Positions 1 through 9,081 of a DNA stretch of 20,000 nt are shown piece after piece (within the stretch, counting starts at the first letter, position 1; every line of letters begins with the position of its first letter). The notes beneath the pieces were generated by a model. The model had not been told where the DNA came from. It searched no databases and saw nothing but the letters and a program-made list of their open reading frames with translations. Source of the DNA: an uncultured virus (IMG/VR IMGVR_UViG_3300030104_003363) (lineage: Duplodnaviria > Heunggongvirae > Uroviricota > Caudoviricetes). A program made the translations under genes and the position numbers. Location of the stretch: IMG/VR virus record IMGVR_UViG_3300030104_003363; one strand, written 5' to 3'.

Positions 1-170
1 ATAACGACACCCATACCAAAAGTAAGCATAAGAGTTTCATTAGGATTAGTCTGTTTCATACCGGACATATCATCACCTTGTGTCGGGTGTCTTTTAAGTA
101 TTATTGCTGTAACTGCACCCAAAGCAGCCAAAACTAGGCTGTAAATAGCAAATTGGATTTCAGAGTTCAT
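1..170 (-). CDS. Partial small membrane protein downstream of portal (runs off window)
   Basis: ATG at 170 overlaps the portal stop (ATGA). It reads MNSEIQFAIYSLVLAALGAVTAIILKRHPTQGDDMSGMKQTNPNETLMLTFGMGVV... open to base 1, with hydrophobic segments. An alternative in-frame ATG at 68 has a GGTGA RBS. Confidence 0.6.
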   Translation of the reverse strand, partial: MNSEIQFAIYSLVLAALGAVTAIILKRHPTQGDDMSGMKQTNPNETLMLTFGMGVV

Positions 171-1561
171 ATATCTCCCTCACTAGGTGCGCTTTCTTGT
201 TCGTTTTCTCTAGGTAGACTTCCTACATTTGCAGGTTTATCGAGACTTTTTCTTTCGTCGCCTTCCTTACCTACTTGTGGCAGGTTTAGAATATCAAGGG
301 ATTGGTTAAGCGTAAGTAGGCCACCATCGTAACCCATAGTTACTCTTTGCATAACATTAAGTGGAGACTCCATATCCATAGCGTCAAACTTGATAGTAGG
401 TAGGTCTTGCCTTCTATATGTTATACCTAGTAAATCTAGGTGCATCATAAATAGTTGCATAGCAGATTCCGCTAGTATTTTATGCATACGACTAATTGCT
501 TGTACAGCCCAAAGGTTAGCATTGAATGTTGCAGCGAATGTTGAACCACGTTCTTGACCTGCTGCGACTCTAGGTACTTGTAGTACAGCCGCAATATCAG
601 CGTTTATACTGTCTAGGAAGTCAGCACTATTAGGCATTGTGTTACCTAAATCAACGTGGTGTAAATTAACGTAATGCGGCAATACAGGTATTTGGTCGCC
701 TCTTAGACCGGAAAACAAACTGATAACCTCATCCATAATAAATGATAGTCTTTGCGATTGTTCAACAGGGTCTTGTATGTGTTCGATAGCAGATTTGTCA
801 ATAGTAATGTATTGTTTAGTCATAGCATCCTCTAAAGATATACGATTGTTCATACTGTTGTATTTCATGCGTATTGCTTGCTTAAGACTGCTAAATCTTG
901 ATGCACCCCATATACCATATGTCTTTCTTCCTTTGTTGTCTGTAAACCAATTAGAACGAAAATCAACTTTGACGTGTAATATCTCTTTTGCAGATATAGC
1001 AACTTCGTATGGGGATGTTTCACGCATTACATATGTTCTTGCGTTAATGATAGGGTTATCTTCATCTGCTACGAAATAAGAACCTACACCGCCTCTTTCA
1101 TCAACTATGGTAATTTGTTTTACGGGTAAACTTTGTAGTGCTGTTACGCCTATACCTTGTTTACCTACTATTTTATTTATATCATTACCATACACCATCA
1201 TATTACGCATAGCGTTAATCATAATGTCGTCAAAATCAAGAGTATCTTCTACTAAAGTCTGTATTGCGTTACGGATTTGTGCGTTTCTACCTTTAGAGTA
1301 ATTAATTTCGTAATTATTTGCTGTAAGTGATACTGCACGTACCGCACCGTTTAGTTCGGGGTCTAACTTTAGCATAAGGTCATACAAATCAAACTCATTG
1401 TCAAACTTGCTGTCCTGTCTTAGTTTTTCCGTATCTCTTACAATATCAGGTATTCCCGCTACCGCAGAAAACTTTTGGTTAGTAGGCAGAGTTATTCTTT
1501 GTGGTTCTTCTGTTTTTTCTACACTTCCTGTTAATCTTTGCCACAAACTTCGCTCCGCCAT
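167..1561 (-). CDS. Portal protein
   Basis: 464 aa with portal-like motifs (YDLMLKLDPELNGAVR, MMVYGN, KEILHVK, IWGASRF, IAAVLQVP, GLLTLNQSLDILNLP) and an acidic tail; lies near terL. Confidence 0.85.
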   Translation of the reverse strand: MAERSLWQRLTGSVEKTEEPQRITLPTNQKFSAVAGIPDIVRDTEKLRQDSKFDNEFDLYDLMLKLDPELNGAVRAVSLTANNYEINYSKGRNAQIRNAIQTLVEDTLDFDDIMINAMRNMMVYGNDINKIVGKQGIGVTALQSLPVKQITIVDERGGVGSYFVADEDNPIINARTYVMRETSPYEVAISAKEILHVKVDFRSNWFTDNKGRKTYGIWGASRFSSLKQAIRMKYNSMNNRISLEDAMTKQYITIDKSAIEHIQDPVEQSQRLSFIMDEVISLFSGLRGDQIPVLPHYVNLHHVDLGNTMPNSADFLDSINADIAAVLQVPRVAAGQERGSTFAATFNANLWAVQAISRMHKILAESAMQLFMMHLDLLGITYRRQDLPTIKFDAMDMESPLNVMQRVTMGYDGGLLTLNQSLDILNLPQVGKEGDERKSLDKPANVGSLPRENEQESAPSEGDI

Positions 1562-1582
1562 ATATTAACCAGTTTTAGCCCG

Positions 1583-1590
1583 TTTTATAA
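1583..1590 (-). promoter_or_regulatory. Archaeal-type TATA box of portal gene
   Basis: TTATAAAA on the minus strand starts 29 nt upstream of the portal ATG, the same spacing as other promoters in the window. Confidence 0.55.
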
Positions 1591-1860
1591 CACTTTTTGA
1601 TAATTTTGCTTATTTTTTTTATTTTTTCGATATTCTACAGAATTAATAAAACGCAATACTGCGGCAATTTCTTCTATTTATTTTATTTCTTCTATAACAT
1701 AGATGAGTTAAATTAGTAATAGATTAGTTATCAGACAGGGCCGTCGCTATCCCATACTAAAGAAAAAATAAATTAATTCCGAAACAGGCTTGTAGTACCA
1801 CGTTTTTTTTATTTTGTAAACAACATAAATTATAAAATTAAATAAGTATTATAAGACGGT

Positions 1861-3309
1861 ATGAGCAGCCTAATATCAATGGCAAGGTATCAAGGTGGGT
1901 ACGACCTCATAGAAAAATACGCTAACGATAGAACTTTCAAAAGCAACTCCGAGTTTGCTAGGTTTTTGCACGAAGTTGAGCCTCAATGCTCGGTAAACAG
2001 TTGGAGATGTAGAATACAACGATGGGTCAAACAAGGAAATGACTTTAGGAATGTTGCTATACAAGATGTCTCTGTAAATAAGATAAAAGTTTACTATGAT
2101 AAGGCAAACGACACTTATTTAACAGTATTAGAAGGTTTAGGCGGTCAAATGATTGCTATTGATGGTGATAAGCATAGAAACATGAAAAAAGATTACTCGG
2201 ATGACGGTAACGGACTTACTATAACAGATTTGTCAAGAAAGTACGGATTACCTACTGGATGGGTAAAAGAATATGTAAAGGCAAACGAGTGGAATCACGG
2301 TATGGATATTTTTACCGACGAAGAAGTTATGCAAAAGACAACAGATGACTTAGTTAAGGAAACTCTTGCTGTTAGACGTATGCAAGTAGCAGAGAAAGCA
2401 GAAAGTAAGCGTTGGGCGGAAATAGAAAAGGATGCTAACTCATATAGAGCATTTAGCGAAACAATTCTTGATGAGTTCCGTAGTTTAATCCCAAAAGTAA
2501 AAACAAGTACGAAAAACAGAATCAAAATGACGGAAAACGGTAATTACGCAGTAGTTATTTCTCCAACAGACTTACACTACGGTAAATATGGGTGGAAAGA
2601 CGAGGTTGGTGAGGAGTATGACCTTGACGAAGCACGTTCAAGACTAATTGACAGAACTAACAACCTAATTTCAAGATTACCTAGTAGACCGGAAAAGATT
2701 ATAGTAACTGCGGGTTCTGATTGGTTTCACATAGATAATGACGTAGGCACTACTACAAAAGGTACACCACAAGATATGGCTGCATCTCCGGCACAGATTC
2801 TTATGGGTGGTTGTGAGTTAGCGAGAGAACATATCGAAATGCTTCGTGCTGTTTCTCCTGTACAAGTAGTATTTATGTGTGGTAATCACGACAGACACAG
2901 TAATTTTGCTTTGATGATGTATTTATCTGCACTTTATGAGAATACAGACGATGTAGAAGTTATTGTTAGTCCGTACCCTCGACAGTATATAAAATACGGA
3001 AACTCTTTGTTAGGTTTTACTCATGGTGATGGTGTTAGAGGTAATGACTTACCTGCACTTATGGCTACCGAAGAAAGACAGGCATGGGGGCAGAGAGAAC
3101 ACCACTATTGGTTTCACGGACATTTACATCATATGAGATTAACAGAAAAAGCCGGATGTACCGTAATACAACTACCTAGTTTAGCAGGGCATGATAGATA
3201 CCACGCTAGAAAAGGTTATGTTCTTGCTAGGGCAGGGATATGCGCCCACATTATAGATAAAGACTTAGGGCTTGTAGGCAATTTGTTTTCTCCGGTGGTG
3301 CATGAGTAA
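1861..3309 (+). CDS. Calcineurin-like metallophosphoesterase (Mre11/SbcD-like fold) with N-terminal putative HTH region
   Basis: Motifs TDLHYG, GSDWFH, GNHD, THGD, GHLHH; N-terminal LTITDLSRKYGLPTGWVKEY is HTH-like. The true start may be ATG 1879 (TTATAAGA at 1849, 30 nt upstream). Confidence 0.8.
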   Translation: MSSLISMARYQGGYDLIEKYANDRTFKSNSEFARFLHEVEPQCSVNSWRCRIQRWVKQGNDFRNVAIQDVSVNKIKVYYDKANDTYLTVLEGLGGQMIAIDGDKHRNMKKDYSDDGNGLTITDLSRKYGLPTGWVKEYVKANEWNHGMDIFTDEEVMQKTTDDLVKETLAVRRMQVAEKAESKRWAEIEKDANSYRAFSETILDEFRSLIPKVKTSTKNRIKMTENGNYAVVISPTDLHYGKYGWKDEVGEEYDLDEARSRLIDRTNNLISRLPSRPEKIIVTAGSDWFHIDNDVGTTTKGTPQDMAASPAQILMGGCELAREHIEMLRAVSPVQVVFMCGNHDRHSNFALMMYLSALYENTDDVEVIVSPYPRQYIKYGNSLLGFTHGDGVRGNDLPALMATEERQAWGQREHHYWFHGHLHHMRLTEKAGCTVIQLPSLAGHDRYHARKGYVLARAGICAHIIDKDLGLVGNLFSPVVHE

Positions 3310-3425
3310 TGTGGGTTTCTGCTAGATGTCGTACTTGCGGGTGGGCTACTAACAGAATGATGAAAAGTAAAGCAGTAACAGGTATATGTCCACATTGTAA
3401 TAAAAAAGACTTACATCCGAGGTAA
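3309..3425 (+). CDS. 38-aa Zn-ribbon micro-protein (not in ORF track)
   Basis: MWVSARCRTCGWATNRMMKSKAVTGICPHCNKKDLHPR; CxxC...CPxC; TAATG coupling to the upstream gene; fills the gap before terL. Confidence 0.7.
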   Translation: MWVSARCRTCGWATNRMMKSKAVTGICPHCNKKDLHPR

Positions 3426-3429
3426 TTGT

Positions 3430-4941
3430 ATGGGTACATTTAACACTAATTTTTCTATGGAACGTAGTCGTAACGACGTAGAATATTTCTACAAGTGGTT
3501 AGGCTACACATGGGGAGAACACATAGGTGAGTGGATAGATATGTATGGCGATAACCATGACAATTCTTCTGTACATCGTGTTTGTATTATTGCACCGAGG
3601 GACCACAGTAAATCTACTACTTTAAGGGTAAAACTATTACACATGGCTCTTTTTGAACAATGGCGTAACAAACCCTTTACTTGTTGGTTGTTTTCTGCTA
3701 GTAAGGACTTGGCTGTAAGAAGATTAGAAGAAATAAGGGAGGATATGAAAAGACATCCTCAATTGTCTAGGTATCTTGACCCTAAAAGGGGTAACAAACT
3801 AGAAATACGTTTTACTAATGGTGCATGGATTCGTGCTACCTCAGTTGGTGCGGCTATTCGTGGAGAACACCCTGCGGCTATTGCATTTGATGACGTACTT
3901 GATGATATGGGCGATATGAACTGGAATGGTATAGCACAATGGTTTAGAAAAAAGATTACACCTATGTTAAGTCCCGGCACAGCGATTTTCGTAGTAGGCA
4001 CACCTATGAGTATGAATGATTTGTATCATACAGAGATGTTAGAAAACAAAACATGGAAATCGGGTACATGGTCTGCTATTCCTAATTGGGATGAGTACAA
4101 AGCCGACCCCGAAAACGTAAAACCGAAGGAATTATGGTCTGAGTATAGACCAATTAAGTTTTTGTTAGAGCAGAAAGAGGCTATGGGTGAATTGTCTTTT
4201 GTACAGGAATATTTGTGTAAGGTAGTAGATGACGAGGCTAGTGTGTTTCCTAGAATGCTAATTAGAAAAAATCTTGACATGGATGCTATATTGCAGGTAG
4301 ATAAGATGGATGGTTACAGATATGTAATAGGGTTTGACCCTGCACACGGTTTAGGGCAAGATTATAGCGTTATGATATGTTTGAAACAAGATGACGAAGG
4401 TTATATTCACTTTGTAGATATGTGGAGAAGAAATGACTTCCCACCGGATAAACAAGCAGATATGTTGATAGAGTGGAGTAAACGCTATGGTAACTGCCCC
4501 ATAGCAGTTGAGGATGTAGGTTTTCAACAAATGTACGAAAGTTTGCTTGCACAAAAAGGTGCGGTAGTAGATTATCGGGCTAGTAAGGTTGGCAACAGGA
4601 CTTTAAAGCAAGGTTTACTAAATAGGCTTAGAGTTTGGTTTGAAAGGGAAATGATAGTATTCCCCTTTGGTAACGATGCTACTAGAACAAAAGTAGGTAT
4701 ATTGTTACAAGAATTAGAAACCCATGCATGGCGTGATGGGTTAATTGTAGATTTAGGTAAGCATAACGATACAGTTATGGCTTTTGCACACGCCATAGAC
4801 CAATTCACATATAGAACACCGGATATGCCTGTAATTATGAAAACCATGAAAGGTGGTGATTGGTTAGGCGGTGAAATACAAATGCAGCGTAGAGACAGGC
4901 ATGGTATTGGTGGCAAAGTGATAGATAGGAGAGGATGGTAA
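3430..4941 (+). CDS. terL: Terminase large subunit
   Basis: Walker A APRDHSKST, Walker B IAFDD, motif III VGTP, FVQEYLC, RNase H-like nuclease motifs IGFDPA...DYS...HNDTVMA. Confidence 0.93.
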   Translation: MGTFNTNFSMERSRNDVEYFYKWLGYTWGEHIGEWIDMYGDNHDNSSVHRVCIIAPRDHSKSTTLRVKLLHMALFEQWRNKPFTCWLFSASKDLAVRRLEEIREDMKRHPQLSRYLDPKRGNKLEIRFTNGAWIRATSVGAAIRGEHPAAIAFDDVLDDMGDMNWNGIAQWFRKKITPMLSPGTAIFVVGTPMSMNDLYHTEMLENKTWKSGTWSAIPNWDEYKADPENVKPKELWSEYRPIKFLLEQKEAMGELSFVQEYLCKVVDDEASVFPRMLIRKNLDMDAILQVDKMDGYRYVIGFDPAHGLGQDYSVMICLKQDDEGYIHFVDMWRRNDFPPDKQADMLIEWSKRYGNCPIAVEDVGFQQMYESLLAQKGAVVDYRASKVGNRTLKQGLLNRLRVWFEREMIVFPFGNDATRTKVGILLQELETHAWRDGLIVDLGKHNDTVMAFAHAIDQFTYRTPDMPVIMKTMKGGDWLGGEIQMQRRDRHGIGGKVIDRRGW

Positions 4942-5220
4942 GTGAAGAAGCGATATAACAAACAAAACCCCGAAATAAGAAGGCATGGACCAAAAAGCAA
5001 AAAAATTGTCTATAAGGAATCTATTGATAAAGTAATGGATGAAGGATATTTAGACGATTGGAAAACATCAGAAGAAATTGCGTGGAAAGCAAATAAATAT
5101 GTAAGTAATTATTGGACACCACTTTCTAGGAATATAGTCCCAACGTACTTGAAGCGTACTAACCAAGTAAAATGGCGTAGGAAACCCGGCGCACATAAAC
5201 TTGAGTGGAAAAAAATGTAA
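4942..5220 (+). CDS. Small basic protein, possible winged-HTH
   Basis: GTG start abutting the terL stop; 92 aa, Lys/Arg-rich; WKTSEEIAWKAN helix pattern. Confidence 0.6.
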   Translation: MKKRYNKQNPEIRRHGPKSKKIVYKESIDKVMDEGYLDDWKTSEEIAWKANKYVSNYWTPLSRNIVPTYLKRTNQVKWRRKPGAHKLEWKKM

Positions 5221-5396
5221 AAAAATATTTTTCAAAAAAATTATAAAAAATTGTGAGAGGGGGTTGGCGGTGTAATACGGCGACCTATATCTGACTTTTG
5301 GAAGAGAGAAAAGTGTATTTTTGGCCTAAAATCGCACATTTTTAGGTGAGAATCAAAATCATACATACTATATAGTAACGCTATCTAGGTAATGGC

Positions 5397-6545
5397 ATGG
5401 AGCAAAATCTGATGTATTTTGTAATTAGGCCTAACGACGAACGCCCTCTATCCATAGAGGAAGAAGGAGAGTCAAAGACTCTTCTTGATGTGGTAAATAC
5501 TCTCGGTATTACTACATCAAAAGGAGAATCTTTCAAGCGGTTTTCTTCGATGTTAAAAGCATTAGAGAAACACGGATTTCCTGTCATCGATTTACCTCAT
5601 ATTTCTGCCGGTAAATTAGACCATCTTGAATTAAAGATTACACCAGTTAAAAGTAATGCGATTGTTAGTAGTTACAAGACTGACGAACTCAACCGTTCAG
5701 TTGACCCCAGTAACAAAAATATTTCAAGATATTCTAAGCAAGATTTTACTACACAACCTAGAAAGATTTGTCCTTGTAATTTCAATGATGATTATAGAAA
5801 AGACTCGACTCATGAAGCACCTAAATGTTACATGATTCTAGAACCAAATAGTAACCCAACCGAAGAGAAATATATCTCTAGAGGTTCAAAGTGTAGAAAC
5901 ACAATGTCATCACTAGAATATTACCAGTTAAAGACATACTTTACGAGTTCTATTATCGGTCATTATTGGAATATTATTAATGTCCCGACAATGGTATTCA
6001 AGAGAGGTGATTTCGACAAAGCAAGAGATTCAAAACTTAATCTTAGAATCGGCAACGGAGAATCATTTCAATCGGACTTTTACAGTAATAACAAAGACTT
6101 CCGAGATACAGTAGACGGTATCTGTAAAGACTGCAATTCTCAAGGGTTTCAATGTGTTACAAAACAGAAGAAAAACGGCAACAAAGAAGTCTTAGGGACT
6201 ATGCTACTGGCTCAACTAAATTATCATGGTTGGTATTCAGAAACTTACGACATGGTTGGTCTAGGTCAATCATGGAATCAACCAAAGTACTTACAGAAAT
6301 TATCTACCGGAGAAATCAGAAGTGTTGATGATTGGAATATGCCGGACTTCAAATGCCGACCGACATGGAGATTCACAATCGCAAAGTTCCTTTGTAGAAA
6401 TGACCCAATGAGTAACGAGCCTCAAGTGAGATATGGTTGGGTCAAATATGTACCAACTGATGCTATGAACAAAGCACTAGATTCAATCAACAATGTATCA
6501 TCAGAAATGCCATTGTTCGGAGAGGTTGATACAGGATATTATTAG
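5397..6545 (+). CDS. Hypothetical Cys-containing protein (382 aa)
   Basis: Long ORF; CTATATAG TATA-like box at 5368, 29 nt upstream; followed by a hairpin. No family recognised. Confidence 0.75.
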   Translation: MEQNLMYFVIRPNDERPLSIEEEGESKTLLDVVNTLGITTSKGESFKRFSSMLKALEKHGFPVIDLPHISAGKLDHLELKITPVKSNAIVSSYKTDELNRSVDPSNKNISRYSKQDFTTQPRKICPCNFNDDYRKDSTHEAPKCYMILEPNSNPTEEKYISRGSKCRNTMSSLEYYQLKTYFTSSIIGHYWNIINVPTMVFKRGDFDKARDSKLNLRIGNGESFQSDFYSNNKDFRDTVDGICKDCNSQGFQCVTKQKKNGNKEVLGTMLLAQLNYHGWYSETYDMVGLGQSWNQPKYLQKLSTGEIRSVDDWNMPDFKCRPTWRFTIAKFLCRNDPMSNEPQVRYGWVKYVPTDAMNKALDSINNVSSEMPLFGEVDTGYY

Positions 6546-6552
6546 ATGTAAA

Positions 6553-6585
6553 GGGGGTTAGGGGTCGTCAAGACCTCTAGCCTCT
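6553..6585 (+). terminator. RNA hairpin after 382-aa ORF
   Basis: GGGGGTTAGGGGTC-GTCAA-GACCTCTAGCCTCT, a 14-bp stem with G-U pairs (pairs fully only as + strand RNA); no clear U-tract. Confidence 0.45.
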
Positions 6586-6614
6586 CTTAAAACATCACAA
6601 TAGGGGGTAAAAAC

Positions 6615-6842
6615 ATGAAGATAAATGATAACACACTAAACGGAGATATAATCATAGTGAAATATGTTTACAAATCTGATAAATCTACATCATGGATTCG
6701 GGTATTTATTGACTTCGAGAATTATTTTGATTGTGTAGATTCTAAAGATAAAATAATACTTTCACAAGAAAGAAAATCGAACATATATGGCACATGGATT
6801 CAGAATAATATTATTGGAAGGATTGACAATGAAGAGAGATAA
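6615..6842 (+). CDS. Hypothetical protein (75 aa)
   Basis: ORF with GGGGT RBS upstream. Confidence 0.55.
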   Translation: MKINDNTLNGDIIIVKYVYKSDKSTSWIRVFIDFENYFDCVDSKDKIILSQERKSNIYGTWIQNNIIGRIDNEER

Positions 6843-6915
6843 GATAATTGCTGTAATAAGTAATGACGAAGAAGGTTGGGAATTAACCTTTACAGACATT
6901 GATTATTTATGCTAA
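6829..6915 (+). CDS. Possible 28-aa micro-protein
   Basis: MKRDKIIAVISNDEEGWELTFTDIDYLC; overlaps the end of the previous ORF and fills the gap. Confidence 0.35.
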   Translation: MKRDKIIAVISNDEEGWELTFTDIDYLC

Positions 6916-6931
6916 ATGGAGATGATGACGA

Positions 6932-7297
6932 ATGAAGAATGAAAGCGAGAAATTAGGAGACAACCTAATCAAAAACAGTCATGGAAAGGGGGGTGATATG
7001 CTAATGACTAACAAAAGACCAACATACCGAATAACAACCTATGAAGATGCTGAAAATCTAGTGAATCCAACTCATAAAGAACATAATGGAGATTTATATG
7101 CAGTTGTAAATATCTTAGATTTAGAAAAGAGACTTGCTAAATGCAAAAAACATTGGAATAAAAGTCTTGGACAAAAAAGGACAGGTAAAAAAGATTATGT
7201 TATATTTTACTTTGATAAAATGTCACATCTTCAAGGATGTAAATCAGATGACGAGGATATTCAATTAGGTGATTTTATACTTTCGGGTGAAAAGTAA
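6932..7297 (+). CDS. Hypothetical protein
   Basis: 121-aa ORF; alternative start ATG 6998 has a GGGGGTGAT RBS. Confidence 0.6.
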   Translation: MKNESEKLGDNLIKNSHGKGGDMLMTNKRPTYRITTYEDAENLVNPTHKEHNGDLYAVVNILDLEKRLAKCKKHWNKSLGQKRTGKKDYVIFYFDKMSHLQGCKSDDEDIQLGDFILSGEK

Positions 7298-7365
7298 ATA
7301 TGGATATTAGACGGATTTACAAAAGACTTCTATGGATATATTCATAGAAGTTTAGAGCATAAATT

Positions 7366-7401
7366 AGGTCGGCCACCAAATTGGTGGTCGGCCTTTTTTT
7401 T
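7366..7401 (+). terminator. Hairpin plus T-tract terminator
   Basis: AGGTCGGCCACCA-AAT-TGGTGGTCGGCCT followed by a T run. Confidence 0.7.
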
Positions 7402-7419
7402 ATTTTTACAAAGGGGCTA

Positions 7420-7587
7420 CCCTACAAAATAATTTTATTTTTTTTCTGTTGTGCTACCCTACAAAATATTAGCCTACAAAATATTACCCTACAAAACTTT
7501 AACCTACAAAACTTTAACCTACAAAAGTCTGAGAGAATCTAAAATCTAAAAATGTTTTCAAAAACTAAGATTTCAAACCCTACAAAA
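7420..7587 (+). repeat. CCTACAAAA cluster 1 (7 copies, including a 5x15-bp tandem array)
   Basis: CCTACAAAA at 7421, 7458, 7473, 7488, 7503, 7518, 7579, all on the + strand. Confidence 0.95.
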
Positions 7588-7602
7588 TAAAGTAAATTAT
7601 CC

Positions 7603-7635
7603 AAAAAAAGAAGGGGACTAGCCCCAACTTTTTTT
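7603..7635 (-). terminator. Terminator for minus-strand 177-aa gene
   Basis: Minus strand GGGGCTAGTCCCC hairpin followed by TTCTTTTTTT directly after the stop codon. Confidence 0.55.
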
Positions 7636-8168
7636 CAAATATCCGATGCAAACTTTAGCATCTCTTCCGGCACTTTTCTGAATAATAACCATTGTCCAGA
7701 ATCTCTGGATTTCATAACCCAATATCCAGCAGCCTTAATATCTGCTTTATTTTCTCTCCATTCATCCCAGAATGCTTTATCATTGATATGGCCGTACCAG
7801 ACCGTTCTACGGCGACTCATTTTCATGGTAATACCAAATGCTTCCATATTAGTAAACACCGGCCTAGCCGAGTCGTATTGCTTAATTTTAGCACCTTTAT
7901 CACCTAGTTTGTCTCTGATTGCTTGTGCTTTTACTTTTGCCTCAGTTTTATTGTGTGCTAGGTTCTGAATAAAGGATGAAGTATGGAAGTAACCATATGC
8001 ACCTCTAATCAATCTATCAATGTACAGGGTGTAGTATTGTTCTTTATCACCTGTTCTACATACATAGTATGTAGCCTCAATTTTGGGTTTTTGCGTTTTA
8101 GGGCTTGCGTCATCAAGTTTAGCGGCCTGTAGTAATAATACTAGACCTAGTAGGATTCCAACCAACAT
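7635..8168 (-). CDS. Hypothetical protein with N-terminal hydrophobic anchor/signal
   Basis: 177 aa; MLVGILLGLVLLLQA N-terminus; aromatic C-terminal part (FWDEWRENKADIKAAGYWVMK); TATA-rich upstream region and a downstream terminator. Confidence 0.75.
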   Translation of the reverse strand: MLVGILLGLVLLLQAAKLDDASPKTQKPKIEATYYVCRTGDKEQYYTLYIDRLIRGAYGYFHTSSFIQNLAHNKTEAKVKAQAIRDKLGDKGAKIKQYDSARPVFTNMEAFGITMKMSRRRTVWYGHINDKAFWDEWRENKADIKAAGYWVMKSRDSGQWLLFRKVPEEMLKFASDI

Positions 8169-8333
8169 GATTCATACGAAGTGGTATTAGTATATATATA
8201 TTATTGGTTATTAGGATAATATTTTGTAGGGTTAGGTTTCTATTATACTGCGTATGTCATCCCTACAAAATCTTATGTAGCATATTAGGTCAAACAACAT
8301 AGGTCAACCCTACAAAATATGGGTCAACCCTAC

Positions 8334-8370
8334 AAAAAAATGAGGGCGGGGTGTTGCAGCACCCCAACCC
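8334..8370 (-). terminator. Terminator for minus-strand 45-aa ORF
   Basis: Minus strand GGGGTG-CTGCAA-CACCCC hairpin followed by GCCCTCATTTTTTT, just after the stop at 8381. Confidence 0.5.
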
Positions 8371-8380
8371 TACAAAAGAT

Positions 8381-8518
8381 TTATTGCGTTATTTTACGGT
8401 AACGAGCCGCCCCATTTTGATACCCTACAAAAGAGTATTTTTTTGGGCATGGGTAGCCCCATTCATTCTTATTTTTCTTACTTAGCCTATCCGCTTTAAC
8501 TGTACCTTTTAAGGACAT
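8381..8518 (-). CDS. 45-aa basic micro-protein (not in ORF track)
   Basis: MSLKGTVKADRLSKKNKNEWGYPCPKKYSFVGYQNGAARYRKITQ; upstream ACCAATAATACTATAAG resembles the promoter of the 177-aa gene; downstream terminator. Confidence 0.55.
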   Translation of the reverse strand: MSLKGTVKADRLSKKNKNEWGYPCPKKYSFVGYQNGAARYRKITQ

Positions 8519-8698
8519 ATTTTACTCTAGTCGTGTTTTGCTTATAGTATTATTGGTAATCTATCTCTTTATTTTGTAGGGTGTTGTAATATTCCCTAGT
8601 ATTGTCTCCTACAAAACAATATGTATGGATTTTATTTTGTGTCCTCTAAGTATAGGGGTTTCATGCCCTAAAAAATCAACCCTACAAAATAATAATAA

Positions 8699-9081
8699 GT
8701 GTAATTTTTACACTAAGTGTTGTGAATAACACCGAATAACCCTACAAAATAAGTTTTTTTAGCAAAAAAACCCTACAAAATATTGAGCCGTAAAAAGGTA
8801 GTATTTATATAGGTAAACAGCATCTCATCACGGATATTTAGTTTTGCGGGATTATTTTGTAGGGGTAAAATAACATGGCCGGATTTGACACACAGTCGAG
8901 CGTGTAAAATAAAAACCCTACAAAATAAAAAAAACGCTGTACTGCGGCGGTGCAAAAAGTAAACCTGAGATTTTTTCCCTACAAAATAAAACCTACAAAA
9001 GATTTTCCTACATTCATTTATCCACAATTATTTTGTAGGGGTTTTCCGAAGTCAAAAAGTTACTTAGTGTAAAAACTACAC
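8699..9081. repeat. Inverted repeat pair bounding a ~380-bp non-coding segment
   Basis: GTGTAATTTTTACACTAAGT (8699-8718) versus ACTTAGTGTAAAAACTACAC (9062-9081), 19/20 reverse-complement match. Each has an inward-facing CCCTACAAAATAA 21 nt further inside. Confidence 0.8.

Noticed and set aside
3592..3618. Deviant Walker A (PRDHSKST) suggesting an inactive terminase
   Set aside because: PRxHxKS/T variants are common in this terminase group, and the other catalytic motifs are intact.
777..5000. Antisense ORFs inside the portal, phosphoesterase and terL genes
   Set aside because: Fully overlapped by well-supported genes on the opposite strand; no recognisable motifs.
8773..9027. 84-aa minus-strand ORF in the repeat field
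   Set aside because: Low-complexity translation of repeats and T-tracts with no supporting promoter, RBS or terminator.
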